64,000 nucleotides of DNA, from positions 106,832 through 170,831 of the forward strand of contig NZ_CAXTHG010000005.1 of the NCBI RefSeq assembly GCF_964244005.1, given 5' to 3'. This document shows positions 37,574 through 46,379 of the stretch, one piece after another (position 1 is the first letter of the stretch; each line of letters begins with the position of its first letter). The position numbers and the translations under genes are program-made. This stretch comes from an uncultured Friedmanniella sp. (GTDB lineage Bacteria > Actinomycetota > Actinomycetes > Propionibacteriales > Propionibacteriaceae). The notes beneath the pieces were generated by a model. That model was given only the letters and a program-made list of their open reading frames with translations. It did not search any database and had not been told where the DNA came from.

Positions 37574-38144
37574 GCTTCACGAACCTCAGGTCGACCGGAC
37601 CGTCGGTCTGGATCGGCCGGCACGACCGGCCGTCGATGGAGGTTCGCCACACCACGGTGTCGCCGTCCGGGCTCCAGCCGAGGTCGGTGAACCCCTTCGC
37701 CAGGCAGACCCCCTGCGCCGAGACCTCCACCGCGTTGGGCACCAGCTGCTGCGGCGCACTGCCGACCGGGAGACGGGTGAGGCAGTGCAGCTCGATCGCC
37801 AGCGCGGCGTCCGGGGAGGGTGAGGGAGAGATCGGCGGCGGTGCGCTGGGCGGCGGCGCGCTCGCGGTCGGCGTGGTCGGCTCGGCCACGGTCACCTCGG
37901 CGACCTGGTACGGCAGGGGCAGCGAAACGCCTTCACCCTGCCATTCTGGACGGTTTCCCGAATACAGGTCGACCAGTGCGTGCAGCGTGCTGAGCAGGGT
38001 CAGCGGCACCACGTGGGCGTCGATCAGGATCAGGCCCCACAACCCCAGGACGGCGGTACCCGTAGCGATCACGATAAAGACCAGGGTCACGATCAGCAAC
38101 GTCGAATCGCTGGATCGCTGCGCGATATTCCGGCTGGCCGACAT
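37566..38144 (-). CDS. Hypothetical membrane-anchored protein
   Basis: N-terminal TM segment, Pro-rich linker; 8-bp overlap with the downstream gene. Confidence 0.6.
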   Translation of the reverse strand: MSASRNIAQRSSDSTLLIVTLVFIVIATGTAVLGLWGLILIDAHVVPLTLLSTLHALVDLYSGNRPEWQGEGVSLPLPYQVAEVTVAEPTTPTASAPPPSAPPPISPSPSPDAALAIELHCLTRLPVGSAPQQLVPNAVEVSAQGVCLAKGFTDLGWSPDGDTVVWRTSIDGRSCRPIQTDGPVDLRFVKHG

Positions 38145-38218
38145 CGGACCACCATGCCCGCTCCGGTGACGTCGGGGGAGGGGTTGTCCGACGAACTCCG
38201 GTCACGAGATCACGCCGG

Positions 38219-38992
38219 CTACCTGACGTCGACGAAGTCTCCAGCGGTGTGGGAGGACCCGCTGGACCCGGTGCCGGCGAAGACGAGACGGTAGTAGCCG
38301 TCCTGGGTCCCGGACGTCACCGTGGTGCGGACGGTACCCGCGGTGCTCGTCTTCAGGCTCTTGATCGTCGCGTACGTGCCGTTCGTCGTCCGGAACTGCA
38401 GGTCGAGGGGCCGGCCGGAGTAGGGGAGGTAGCGGCCCCTGTCCCAGTTCGCCCGCTCCAGCAGCCCCGTCACCGTGACGGTGCCGCCCGCCCTGACCGG
38501 CTCCGGGCTGGCGTTGACCTTCAGTCGGGTGGCGCGGAGGACCTGGAGGTCGTTGGTGACGGCGGCTTCGGGCTGGTCGTCGAGGATCCGGAACGTCGTC
38601 GGCCACGGCCCGGCCTGGTCGTTGGTCAGCGCGGACGGCCTGAGGGTGATGGTGGCGTCGAAGAAGGTCAGGCCGTCGAAGCTCTCACCCTCGGCCAGCG
38701 GCACCCGGTAGATCTTCGGCCCGCCGTCGAGCACGACGTCGGTGGCGGAGGCGTTGGCGCTGCTCTCGGTCACGGCCATGCTCAACGGGACCTTCTTCGT
38801 CTTGCTGACTCCGACGACGACGGGGTCCCGCGGCGCGAGGGCGGCCTGGATCCGGAAGGTGGCCGGCCGGGGCGGTGCGGCCTGGGCCGGAGCCGCGGCC
38901 AGTCCGGTGGCCGCCGTCCCGACCACGGCGAGAGCGGCGAGTGAGAGGGCGAGGCGGCGCGGGGTGCGCTGCTGCAGCGTGAGGTGATGCAT
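38219..38992 (-). CDS. Secreted protein, DUF5707-like
   Basis: Signal peptide ending AQA-A; C-terminal RLKVNASPEPVRAG.TVTVTG.LERANW...LQFR...Y.T.K...DGYYRL.FAG...GDFVDVR, as in Streptomyces secreted proteins. Confidence 0.75.
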   Translation of the reverse strand: MHHLTLQQRTPRRLALSLAALAVVGTAATGLAAAPAQAAPPRPATFRIQAALAPRDPVVVGVSKTKKVPLSMAVTESSANASATDVVLDGGPKIYRVPLAEGESFDGLTFFDATITLRPSALTNDQAGPWPTTFRILDDQPEAAVTNDLQVLRATRLKVNASPEPVRAGGTVTVTGLLERANWDRGRYLPYSGRPLDLQFRTTNGTYATIKSLKTSTAGTVRTTVTSGTQDGYYRLVFAGTGSSGSSHTAGDFVDVR

Positions 38993-39117
38993 GGCGGTAC
39001 TCCTTCTGAGCGGTGGTGGGAACCCCGACAGTGTGCTGGGCATCGGTTGCGGCCCGCTTGCGCTCGTGGGCCGGCCCCGGACCGCCGCTCTGCAACCGGG
39101 CTGCAAACCGCGCGAAG

Positions 39118-39169
39118 AAGAGCCTGCGACATGGTGCCGCGACTACGCGGCACCATGTCGCAGGCTCTT
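39118..39169. terminator. Perfect 24-bp inverted repeat downstream of the SARP gene
   Basis: AAGAGCCTGCGACATGGTGCCGCG-ACTA-CGCGGCACCATGTCGCAGGCTCTT. Confidence 0.8.
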
Positions 39170-39181
39170 GTGACGTGGGCC

Positions 39182-42100
39182 CTAAGGCGAGATCCCCGCC
39201 CCGACGACGCCGATCAGGGAGGTGGCCAGCGCGCGGAGCCGTGGGCCGAGGAAGTATTCGCCGGTCTCGGCGGCGACCTCCGCCGACTGGCGGGCCCGCT
39301 CCCGGGCCGTCGCCAGGTCACCGTGCCGCGCGTACGCCTCGGCGGCGAGCATCCGGTAGGTCGGCGCGAAGATCTTGATGCCGCTGTTCCGGTAGGCCGC
39401 GGCTGCGGCGTCAGCCCGCTCCGGCCCGGTCGGGTCGCCCTTCATCGCGTCGGCCCACGCCTGCACCTGGTCGGCGTGCAGCTCGAAGATGCCGAACCCC
39501 AGCCGGTCGGAGAGCCGGCGGCACTGCTCGCCACGGCGGCGGGCCTGGTCGGCGTCGCCGCGCATGGTGGCCAGCAGGGCGAGGTAGAAGTCGCACTTCA
39601 CCTGAACGTCCTCAGCCGTCGTCGAGGAACGCAGCAGCCCAGCCACCTCCTCGTCGGCCGCGGCTTCGTTCCCGACCGCGTGCTCGAGCATCGCGCGGTA
39701 GGCGTAGACGTCCTCGACCATGTGGAACAGCCGACCGGGCAGCTGGATGTCGACGCCGTCGGCCAGCAGCTGGCGGAGGACGTCCAGCTCGCGCCGGGCG
39801 GTCCTCAGGTCGCCGGACAGCAGCGCCAAGTGTCCGAGCACGAAGCGGGCTGTGCTGGCGGCGATCGGGGCCGGTCGGTCGGCCAGCACCTCCGCCGCGG
39901 CGGCCATCGACCCCGCGTAGCGGCCACGGACGGCGGTGGCGACGACGGTGCCGAGCCAGGCGGCCGCCGACGCGGCGTCGGTCGGCGCGGCCGGGGCCGG
40001 CGTCGGCAGTCGTTCCTCGGCGCTGCTCGCGGCCCACATCCAGAGGGCGTCGAGATGGCCTTGCACCAGGGCGTGCAGGGACTGGCGGACGACGGGGTCG
40101 GGGACCGCCGCCGCGAGCCGGAGGGCCTGGACGAGCGTGTCGTGGGCCGCTTCGGTGGCGGAGCGGCGTAACGCGTCCTCGGCCGCCGACACGAGATAGG
40201 GGACAGCTGCGGCCGGTCCGACCGCCGGCGCCGCGAGCACCAGCTGACGGGCGACCTCGAGCACCTCGTCGGTCTGCTGGGGGTTGCGCTGCTGCAGGGC
40301 GGCCGCGATCTTGGCGTGCAGGTGGACGCGGCGGGCCACCGAGAGGCGGGCGACCAGCGTCTCGCGGACGAGCGCGTGGCTGAGCGCGAACCGGCCCGTC
40401 CCGTCGCCGGTCTCGACCAGCAGCCCGGCCAGCAGCGCGGCCTCGCAGGAGTCGAGGACCTGTTCCTCGTCCAGGCCCGTCGTCCGGGCCAGCAGGTCGG
40501 GGGTGACAGGCCCGGACCCCAGCAGGGCCGCCACCCCGAGCAGCGAGACCGTGGCTGCCGGCAGCCGGTCGAGCCGGCGTCCCAGGACGTCCAGCACCTC
40601 GGCGGGCAGAGCCTGCTGGGCCGCGCTGGTGGTGAGTCCTCGCTCGGCGCTCAGCAGCTTGACCAGCTCGGTCACGAAGAGCGCGTTCCCACCCGTGCGT
40701 TCGGTGACGGCCGCGACGACCCCCGGCTCGGGCTCGCGGCCGTCGATGGTGCGGATCAACGCCGAGACGTCCTCGGCCGCCAGCGGCGCCAGCTCGACCC
40801 GGGTGACCAGGTCGCGGGGCAGCGAGCCGAGGGCCCGGTCGAGCTCGGCGGTGGGCTCGTCCGAGCGCACCGCGACCGCCACGAGGAGGCCGTCGGGGGC
40901 GAGCTCCTCGACCGCCAACCGGAGCAGGGTCAGCGTGTCGCGGTCGACCCAATGGGCGTCGTCGACCAGCACCGCCACGGGTCCCGACCGCTGAGCCCGC
41001 TCGAGCAGGTCGAGCACCCCGCGGAACAGCAGCGACCGGCTGAGCGGCGGCCGCGTCTCGGACGGGTCCTCCGGTGGAACGGGCTGCAGCGCGGCGAGAG
41101 CCGCCGCCGACGGGTCGTCGTCGCCGCGGGTTCCCTCGGCCAGGCCGGGGGTGGCGGCGGTGAGCTCGCGCAGCACGGTGACCCAGGGCCAGAGCGCCGG
41201 GGCCGCCCCGTCAGGCAGCCCGTGCCCGTGCACGACCCGGCCGCCGGACCGCCGCACGACCTCCTCGAGCGCGTCGAACACGGTGGTCTTGCCGGCGCCC
41301 ATCGGGCCGCGGACGACCACCAGCCCTCCTGACCCGGAGGACGCGGCGCGCACCACGCTCGCCAGGGCGGCCAGCGCCGGTCGGCGCCCGACCAACGGCC
41401 ATCCTGCGGTGGTCCGGGCCGGGTCGGGCCGGTCTGGATCGGCAGCGGGCAGCGACGGCTCCACCTGGACCAGGCTGCGGTCGGCGCTCGGTCGCGGGGC
41501 CCGCAGGACCGGGTCGTGCTGCAGCAGCTGGCGTTCGAGGTCGCGCAGGGCGGGCGACGGGTCGAGGCCGAGCTCGTCGGCGAGCGTCCGGCGCAGCTGC
41601 CCGTACGTGTCCAGCGCCTCGGCCTGCCGACCCGTGCGGTAGAGCGCGATCATCAACGCGCGCCAGCCGCGCTCCCGGAACGGTCGGGCTGCGACCACGC
41701 GACGTGCCTGGTCGACGACGACCTCGGGCTCACCGACCGCGAGCCTGGCCTCCAGCAGCGTCTCGACGGCCGCGTCACGCAGGTCACTGAGCCGGGTCGC
41801 CTCCGTCCGGGCGAACGGCACGTCGGCCAGGTCGCCCAACGCCTCGCCCGACCACAGGCCGAGCGCCTGGTCGAGGTCGGCGACGGCTGACCGCAGCGCG
41901 GTCGGCTCCCCGGACTGGGCGGCCGCGCGGCCCCGGTCCAGCAGCGCGCTGAACCGGGATAGGTCCGTCGCCTCCGCCGGCAGGCTCAGCACCCACCCGG
42001 GTGGCTGAGTGGTGATCTGGGCAGGCGTCGGTTCCAGCACCCGCCGCAGCCGGGACACGTACGCCCGCAGCGTGAGGACGGCCTGCGCCGGTGGGCCGTC

Positions 42101-42253
42101 GGGCCAGAGCTCGTCGATCAGCCGGTCCGTGCTGACGACCCGGCCGGCTTCCAGCGCGAGCAGGGCGAAGACGGCCCGCTGCTTGACGCCGCCGAGCGGC
42201 AGGGATCGCCCCTCGTGCCGGCACGTCACCGGGCCCAGTAGCCTCACCTGCAT
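39182..42253 (-). CDS. AfsR/SARP family regulator (OmpR-type HTH, BTAD, AAA ATPase)
   Basis: VRLLGP...KQRAVFALLAL, LIDELWPD, BTAD (PFRERGW..LM.ALYR.GRQAEAL), GPMGAGKTT, VDDAHWVD, RTGGNALFV. Confidence 0.92.
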   Translation of the reverse strand: MQVRLLGPVTCRHEGRSLPLGGVKQRAVFALLALEAGRVVSTDRLIDELWPDGPPAQAVLTLRAYVSRLRRVLEPTPAQITTQPPGWVLSLPAEATDLSRFSALLDRGRAAAQSGEPTALRSAVADLDQALGLWSGEALGDLADVPFARTEATRLSDLRDAAVETLLEARLAVGEPEVVVDQARRVVAARPFRERGWRALMIALYRTGRQAEALDTYGQLRRTLADELGLDPSPALRDLERQLLQHDPVLRAPRPSADRSLVQVEPSLPAADPDRPDPARTTAGWPLVGRRPALAALASVVRAASSGSGGLVVVRGPMGAGKTTVFDALEEVVRRSGGRVVHGHGLPDGAAPALWPWVTVLRELTAATPGLAEGTRGDDDPSAAALAALQPVPPEDPSETRPPLSRSLLFRGVLDLLERAQRSGPVAVLVDDAHWVDRDTLTLLRLAVEELAPDGLLVAVAVRSDEPTAELDRALGSLPRDLVTRVELAPLAAEDVSALIRTIDGREPEPGVVAAVTERTGGNALFVTELVKLLSAERGLTTSAAQQALPAEVLDVLGRRLDRLPAATVSLLGVAALLGSGPVTPDLLARTTGLDEEQVLDSCEAALLAGLLVETGDGTGRFALSHALVRETLVARLSVARRVHLHAKIAAALQQRNPQQTDEVLEVARQLVLAAPAVGPAAAVPYLVSAAEDALRRSATEAAHDTLVQALRLAAAVPDPVVRQSLHALVQGHLDALWMWAASSAEERLPTPAPAAPTDAASAAAWLGTVVATAVRGRYAGSMAAAAEVLADRPAPIAASTARFVLGHLALLSGDLRTARRELDVLRQLLADGVDIQLPGRLFHMVEDVYAYRAMLEHAVGNEAAADEEVAGLLRSSTTAEDVQVKCDFYLALLATMRGDADQARRRGEQCRRLSDRLGFGIFELHADQVQAWADAMKGDPTGPERADAAAAAYRNSGIKIFAPTYRMLAAEAYARHGDLATARERARQSAEVAAETGEYFLGPRLRALATSLIGVVGAGISP

Positions 42254-42325
42254 AGCGAGCAGTGTGGCACCACGCCGCGGGGGCCGACCAGGTCTGGCGA
42301 GCACCGAGGGACGTGTCGGCAGGGC

Positions 42326-42640
42326 TCAGGCCTCGCGTTCGTCCGGCTCGAACAGCCGCGCGATCCGGACCTCGAGACCGGCGGCCGCCAGCTGCTGCAC
42401 GATCTGCTCCGGATCCGTGCGGTCGGGGTCGAAGGTGGCGAGGGCCCAGGTGACGTACGGGTCCACGTGGGCCCGTGTCACTCCCGGGCAGCCGAGCAGC
42501 GCGGCGGTCAGCTGGTCGTGTCCGGCAGTCTCGGCGCACCTGCCCAGGTCGAGCGTGAGGTCGCGGCTCGGAGTCGCGGACGGGTCGGTCGCGGAGTCCA
42601 CCCGACCACTGTCCCGATCGCGGTTGCAGCGGACTTGCAC
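42326..42640 (-). CDS. Small heavy-metal-associated (HMA)-fold-like protein
   Basis: L...PGV..A.V....A..FDPDRTDPEQIVQQLAAAG pattern; lacks the canonical CxxC. True start uncertain. Confidence 0.45.
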   Translation of the reverse strand: MQVRCNRDRDSGRVDSATDPSATPSRDLTLDLGRCAETAGHDQLTAALLGCPGVTRAHVDPYVTWALATFDPDRTDPEQIVQQLAAAGLEVRIARLFEPDEREA

Positions 42641-42688
42641 CGCCCGTCCCGCCGGTCCGTGGTCACGGCCCAGCCTCAGCGGCTGACC

Positions 42689-43576
42689 CTACTGGGGCGG
42701 CGGGTCCGACTGCCGGCCGAGTGACCCGATGGCCGCCACGATCAACAGGCAACCGACGGCACCCGCGAGGGTGAGCTGCTCGTGCAGCAACAGCACGGCC
42801 AGCAGCACCGCGACGACGGGTTCGACCAGGGTGGCGATCATGGCGACCCCGCTGCTCGTGCTGCGAAGTCCGGCGTAGAGCAGCGCGTACGCGAGCGCCA
42901 TCGTGACGACGCCGAGATAGACCAGGAGCAGCCAGGAGGGAAGGTCGGTCGTCGTCAGCGGGTCGCCCCGGACGTAGGCGACGGCGAGCACGCCCGGCAC
43001 CAGGACGGCGGCCGCCACCGCCAGGGTCGCCACGGTGATGGTGAGGGTGTCGAGGGCCTGCGACAGCGGTCGGGCGACCTCAGCGGAGAGGCCGAACGCA
43101 GCCCCGGACGCCAAGGCGCTGACCACGCCGATGAGCGGGCTCGACGCCTGGTCGCCCGGGCCGCTGCCGAGCAGGCTGACCAGCAGCAGCCCGGCGATGG
43201 CCATCACCACCGTCAGGAGGTGGGTCGCCGCGGGGAGCCGTCGTTGCCGGACGGAATCGATGACGAGCAGGAGGACCGGGGCAAAGCCGAGGCAGATCAC
43301 GGTCGCGACGCTGACCCCGCTCGCGACGACGGCGACGAAGAACAGCACCTGGAAAGCGATGGTGAGCAGTCCGACCGCCGCGATGCGCCGCCCGTGGCTG
43401 CGGGCCGCGGCCCAGGAGATGGCGAGCCGCCGCCGGACGGCGATGGCGCCGGTCAGCACGAGGACGGCCGCCAGGGTCCGGTAGGCGCTGATCGTCAGCG
43501 GGGACAGTCCCGACCGCTCGTGCACCAGACGGACGGCGATGCCGAGGGTGCCCCAGATGACCCCGGCGGTGATCAC
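42689..43576 (-). CDS. EamA/DMT family transporter
   Basis: AGVIWGT, about 10 TM helices, TLVEPVVA; start may lie slightly upstream. Confidence 0.88.
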   Translation of the reverse strand: MITAGVIWGTLGIAVRLVHERSGLSPLTISAYRTLAAVLVLTGAIAVRRRLAISWAAARSHGRRIAAVGLLTIAFQVLFFVAVVASGVSVATVICLGFAPVLLLVIDSVRQRRLPAATHLLTVVMAIAGLLLVSLLGSGPGDQASSPLIGVVSALASGAAFGLSAEVARPLSQALDTLTITVATLAVAAAVLVPGVLAVAYVRGDPLTTTDLPSWLLLVYLGVVTMALAYALLYAGLRSTSSGVAMIATLVEPVVAVLLAVLLLHEQLTLAGAVGCLLIVAAIGSLGRQSDPPPQ

Positions 43577-43626
43577 CAGGACCAGTCCGCGTCCCGCAGT
43601 CGACGCGGTCCGCTGGCTGCTGGAGC

Positions 43627-44823
43627 TCAGGTTCTGCCCAGGGTTCGGGTCAGCAGCCGGCCGAGCTCGCTGACGCCGTGCACCAGCCGGTCGTCGGGTA
43701 CGCCCGAGAAGCTCAGCCGGGCGTGGTTCGGCTCGTGGTCGACCGGGAAGAAGGTGGCGCCGGGCACGTAGGCCACCTTGGCCTCGGGCAGCAGGGTCTG
43801 GGCCATGAACGCGGCGGCGTCGAAGCCGGGCGGGAAGGTCAGCCAGGTGAACAGCCCGCCGTCCGGTTCGGTGAACTGCACACCCGGCGGCAGCGTGCTG
43901 GCGAGTGTGGTGAGCATCAGGTCCCGCTTGTGCCGATAGACGGGGACGACCCGGGCCAAGTGGGCGTCCAGGTCGTAGCGCCCGAGATAGCCGGCGGTGG
44001 CCGCCATGTTCAGCGTGCTGTTCTGGGTGTCGGCGGCGAGCTTGAGCAGCGCGAGCCGCTCCAGGACCTCCGGGCTCGCGTGGGCCCAGCCGAGCCGCAG
44101 TCCCGGGGCCAGCAGCTTGGAGAAGCTGCCCAGGTGCAGCACCTGGCCGACGGTGTCCAGGCTCTTCAGCGTGGGCAGCTCCTCACCGGAGTAGCGCAGC
44201 GGCCGGTAGGGGGTGTCCTCCACCACCAGCACCCCGTACGCCTCGGCGAGCTCGAGCAGCCGCCGTCGCCGGGGCAGGCTCAGGGTGACCCCGCTGGGGT
44301 TGGCGAAGTCGGGCACCACGTAGATCATCACCGTGTCCGGATTGGCCTCGAGCACCTGCTGGAGGTGGTCGGTGTCCATCCCGTCGACGTCGGTCCGGAC
44401 CGGTGCGTAGCGCGGTTCGTACGGGTTGAAGGCGATCAGCGCCCCGAGGAACGTCGGGTTGTCGGTGACGACTACGTCGCCGGCGTCGATCACCAGCTTG
44501 CCGGCCAGGTCGAGCCCCTGCTGGCCGCCCTGGATGATCAACACGTCGTCCGGCCCGGCCGGCATCCCGTCCGCGGTGAGCCGTGCCGCCACCGCGCTGC
44601 GCAGCTCCGGCAGCCCCACCGACGCGGTGTACTGAAGGGCCGTCGCGTGCTCGGGGGTGAGCAGGTCGGCGTACACCTGGGCCAGCTCCGCCACCGGGAA
44701 CAACGACGGGTCGGGATAGCCGCCGCCGAAGGAGATCACCTCGGGGTCGGTGCCGAGCCGCAGCAGCTCGCGGATCGCCGACGGCTGTACCCGGGCCATC
44801 CGGGCCGCGTACGGGATGGTCAC
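43627..44823 (-). CDS. PLP-dependent class I/II aminotransferase (LysN/Aro8-like)
   Basis: ISFGGGYPD, GGQQGLDL, YVVPDFANPSG, EDTPY, GSFSKLLAPGLRLGW, RLSFS. Confidence 0.92.
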   Translation of the reverse strand: MTIPYAARMARVQPSAIRELLRLGTDPEVISFGGGYPDPSLFPVAELAQVYADLLTPEHATALQYTASVGLPELRSAVAARLTADGMPAGPDDVLIIQGGQQGLDLAGKLVIDAGDVVVTDNPTFLGALIAFNPYEPRYAPVRTDVDGMDTDHLQQVLEANPDTVMIYVVPDFANPSGVTLSLPRRRRLLELAEAYGVLVVEDTPYRPLRYSGEELPTLKSLDTVGQVLHLGSFSKLLAPGLRLGWAHASPEVLERLALLKLAADTQNSTLNMAATAGYLGRYDLDAHLARVVPVYRHKRDLMLTTLASTLPPGVQFTEPDGGLFTWLTFPPGFDAAAFMAQTLLPEAKVAYVPGATFFPVDHEPNHARLSFSGVPDDRLVHGVSELGRLLTRTLGRT

Positions 44824-45488
44824 GAGAACGCCAGGCTGGACGGCTGACCGGCGCGCAGCGCCGCCAGGTGCTCGTCGAGGTTGACGTGGTCGAGCAGGGA
44901 CTCTCCGGCCTCGATCTGGAACCGCAACGTCTGCTCGCGCTGGTGGATGTCCTCGGCCGCCCCGATCACGGCAGCAGTCGCGTCGACCGTCCCGACGACG
45001 ATCCCGTCGTCGTCACCGAAGACCAGGTCGCCGGGCCGGACCTCGACGTCGCCGATCATGACCGGCACCTGCAGCACCGGTACCGCAGAGGCCGGGAAGG
45101 CCGACGGGGCGACCCCGTGGGCGAAGACCGGCAGCTCCAGCCGGGCCAGGGTGCGGCTGTCGCGGCAGCGTCCGTCGATCAAGATCCCGGCCAGCTGGCG
45201 GCGCACGGCCTCGGTGGCGAAGAGCTCCCCGGCCACCGCGTGCTCGTCGCCGCCGGCGGCCACGACCAGGACGTCACCGGGACGGGCCTCCCGCAGGGCC
45301 AGCAGCATCCCCAGCAGGTCGCCGCGCGCCTCGACGGTGAACGCCGGCCCGGTCATGGTGAGCCCGGGCCGGACGGGCCGCAGCGTGGGCGGCAGCACGC
45401 GCAGGCCCCCGGACGGTTTGTCGGCGTCGACCAGCGAGGTCGTGTCGATCCGGCCGAGCCGGTCCAGCAGGTCAGTCTCCGACGGCAT
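44820..45488 (-). CDS. RraA family protein (HMG-aldolase/methyltransferase-like)
   Basis: TTSLVDAD, GPAFTV, AVAGELF, IDGRCRD, V.PGDLVFGDDDGIVV. Confidence 0.88.
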   Translation of the reverse strand: MPSETDLLDRLGRIDTTSLVDADKPSGGLRVLPPTLRPVRPGLTMTGPAFTVEARGDLLGMLLALREARPGDVLVVAAGGDEHAVAGELFATEAVRRQLAGILIDGRCRDSRTLARLELPVFAHGVAPSAFPASAVPVLQVPVMIGDVEVRPGDLVFGDDDGIVVGTVDATAAVIGAAEDIHQREQTLRFQIEAGESLLDHVNLDEHLAALRAGQPSSLAFS

Positions 45489-45806
45489 GGCATGACTCTG
45501 CCACGGTCGAGGCTGGCGACGCCAAGCGTCCGCAGCACCAGCACGGCTGGTTGCTTCAGCTTCGTCGAGGGGCCGAGCTCGTCCCCAGCTGATGAAGCGT
45601 GGACTGAAGTCCGCAGGGGCTCCCGCGCGCCGCCAGCTCGCTGCCGCAGCAGCCCCCCTGATTACTGCATTGTCGAGAAACCACACGGTTGAATGGTTTG
45701 ACGATCAAGTAACATTGCGGTTGTGCGAGGCTGACGCCGAAATCCTCCCGATACCTGAAGATCAGGTAATGTGCGTGACGCCGCACGTGAGGGAGCAGAG
45801 ATCGAG

Positions 45807-46265
45807 ATGGACACGACAGACGACGCGGTGCAGAGCCTGCGGTCTCTCATTCTGGCGGCCGAGCGTTACCGCGCGGTTCTTGCCGCGCACGTGGGGCTCG
45901 GGGTCACCGAAGCCCAGGCGGTGAGCTCGCTGAGCGTGCACGGCGGCCGTGGCCAGAAGGAGCTTGCCGTAGACCTCGGACTCACCAGTGGGGCCGCGAC
46001 GGCCCTCGTCGACCGACTTGAGAAGCAGGGGATCGCGCAGCGTTCCCCCCACGCCTGGGACCGTCGGCGCACCATCGTCCGGCTGACCGCGCGCGGGCAC
46101 CAGGTCGTCGAGGAGAGCCGAGTCTGGCTGAGCGCGCTGTTCAACGACGCCACTGAGGACGAGCTGGAGCGGCTCGCCCCCCTGCTGCGGGGGGTCGCCG
46201 ACCGGCTGGGCGACCGCTGCCGCGAGATCGAGGCCTCGGACGGCTGGTCGTACCGGCGTGCCTGA
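45807..46265 (+). CDS. MarR family transcriptional regulator
   Basis: HVGLGVTEAQA, LTSGAATALVDRLEKQG..R..H..DRRRTIVRLT. Confidence 0.9.
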   Translation: MDTTDDAVQSLRSLILAAERYRAVLAAHVGLGVTEAQAVSSLSVHGGRGQKELAVDLGLTSGAATALVDRLEKQGIAQRSPHAWDRRRTIVRLTARGHQVVEESRVWLSALFNDATEDELERLAPLLRGVADRLGDRCREIEASDGWSYRRA

Positions 46266-46379
46266 GCTCATCCGTCGGCGTCGGTGGCTTCCCGTGGCGC
46301 CGAGGAGGTCGACTGACCGGCGACCGCGCCGCCCGGTCGCTGAGGGCGACCGAGGCTGCCGGTCTCGCGGCGAGCTTTG

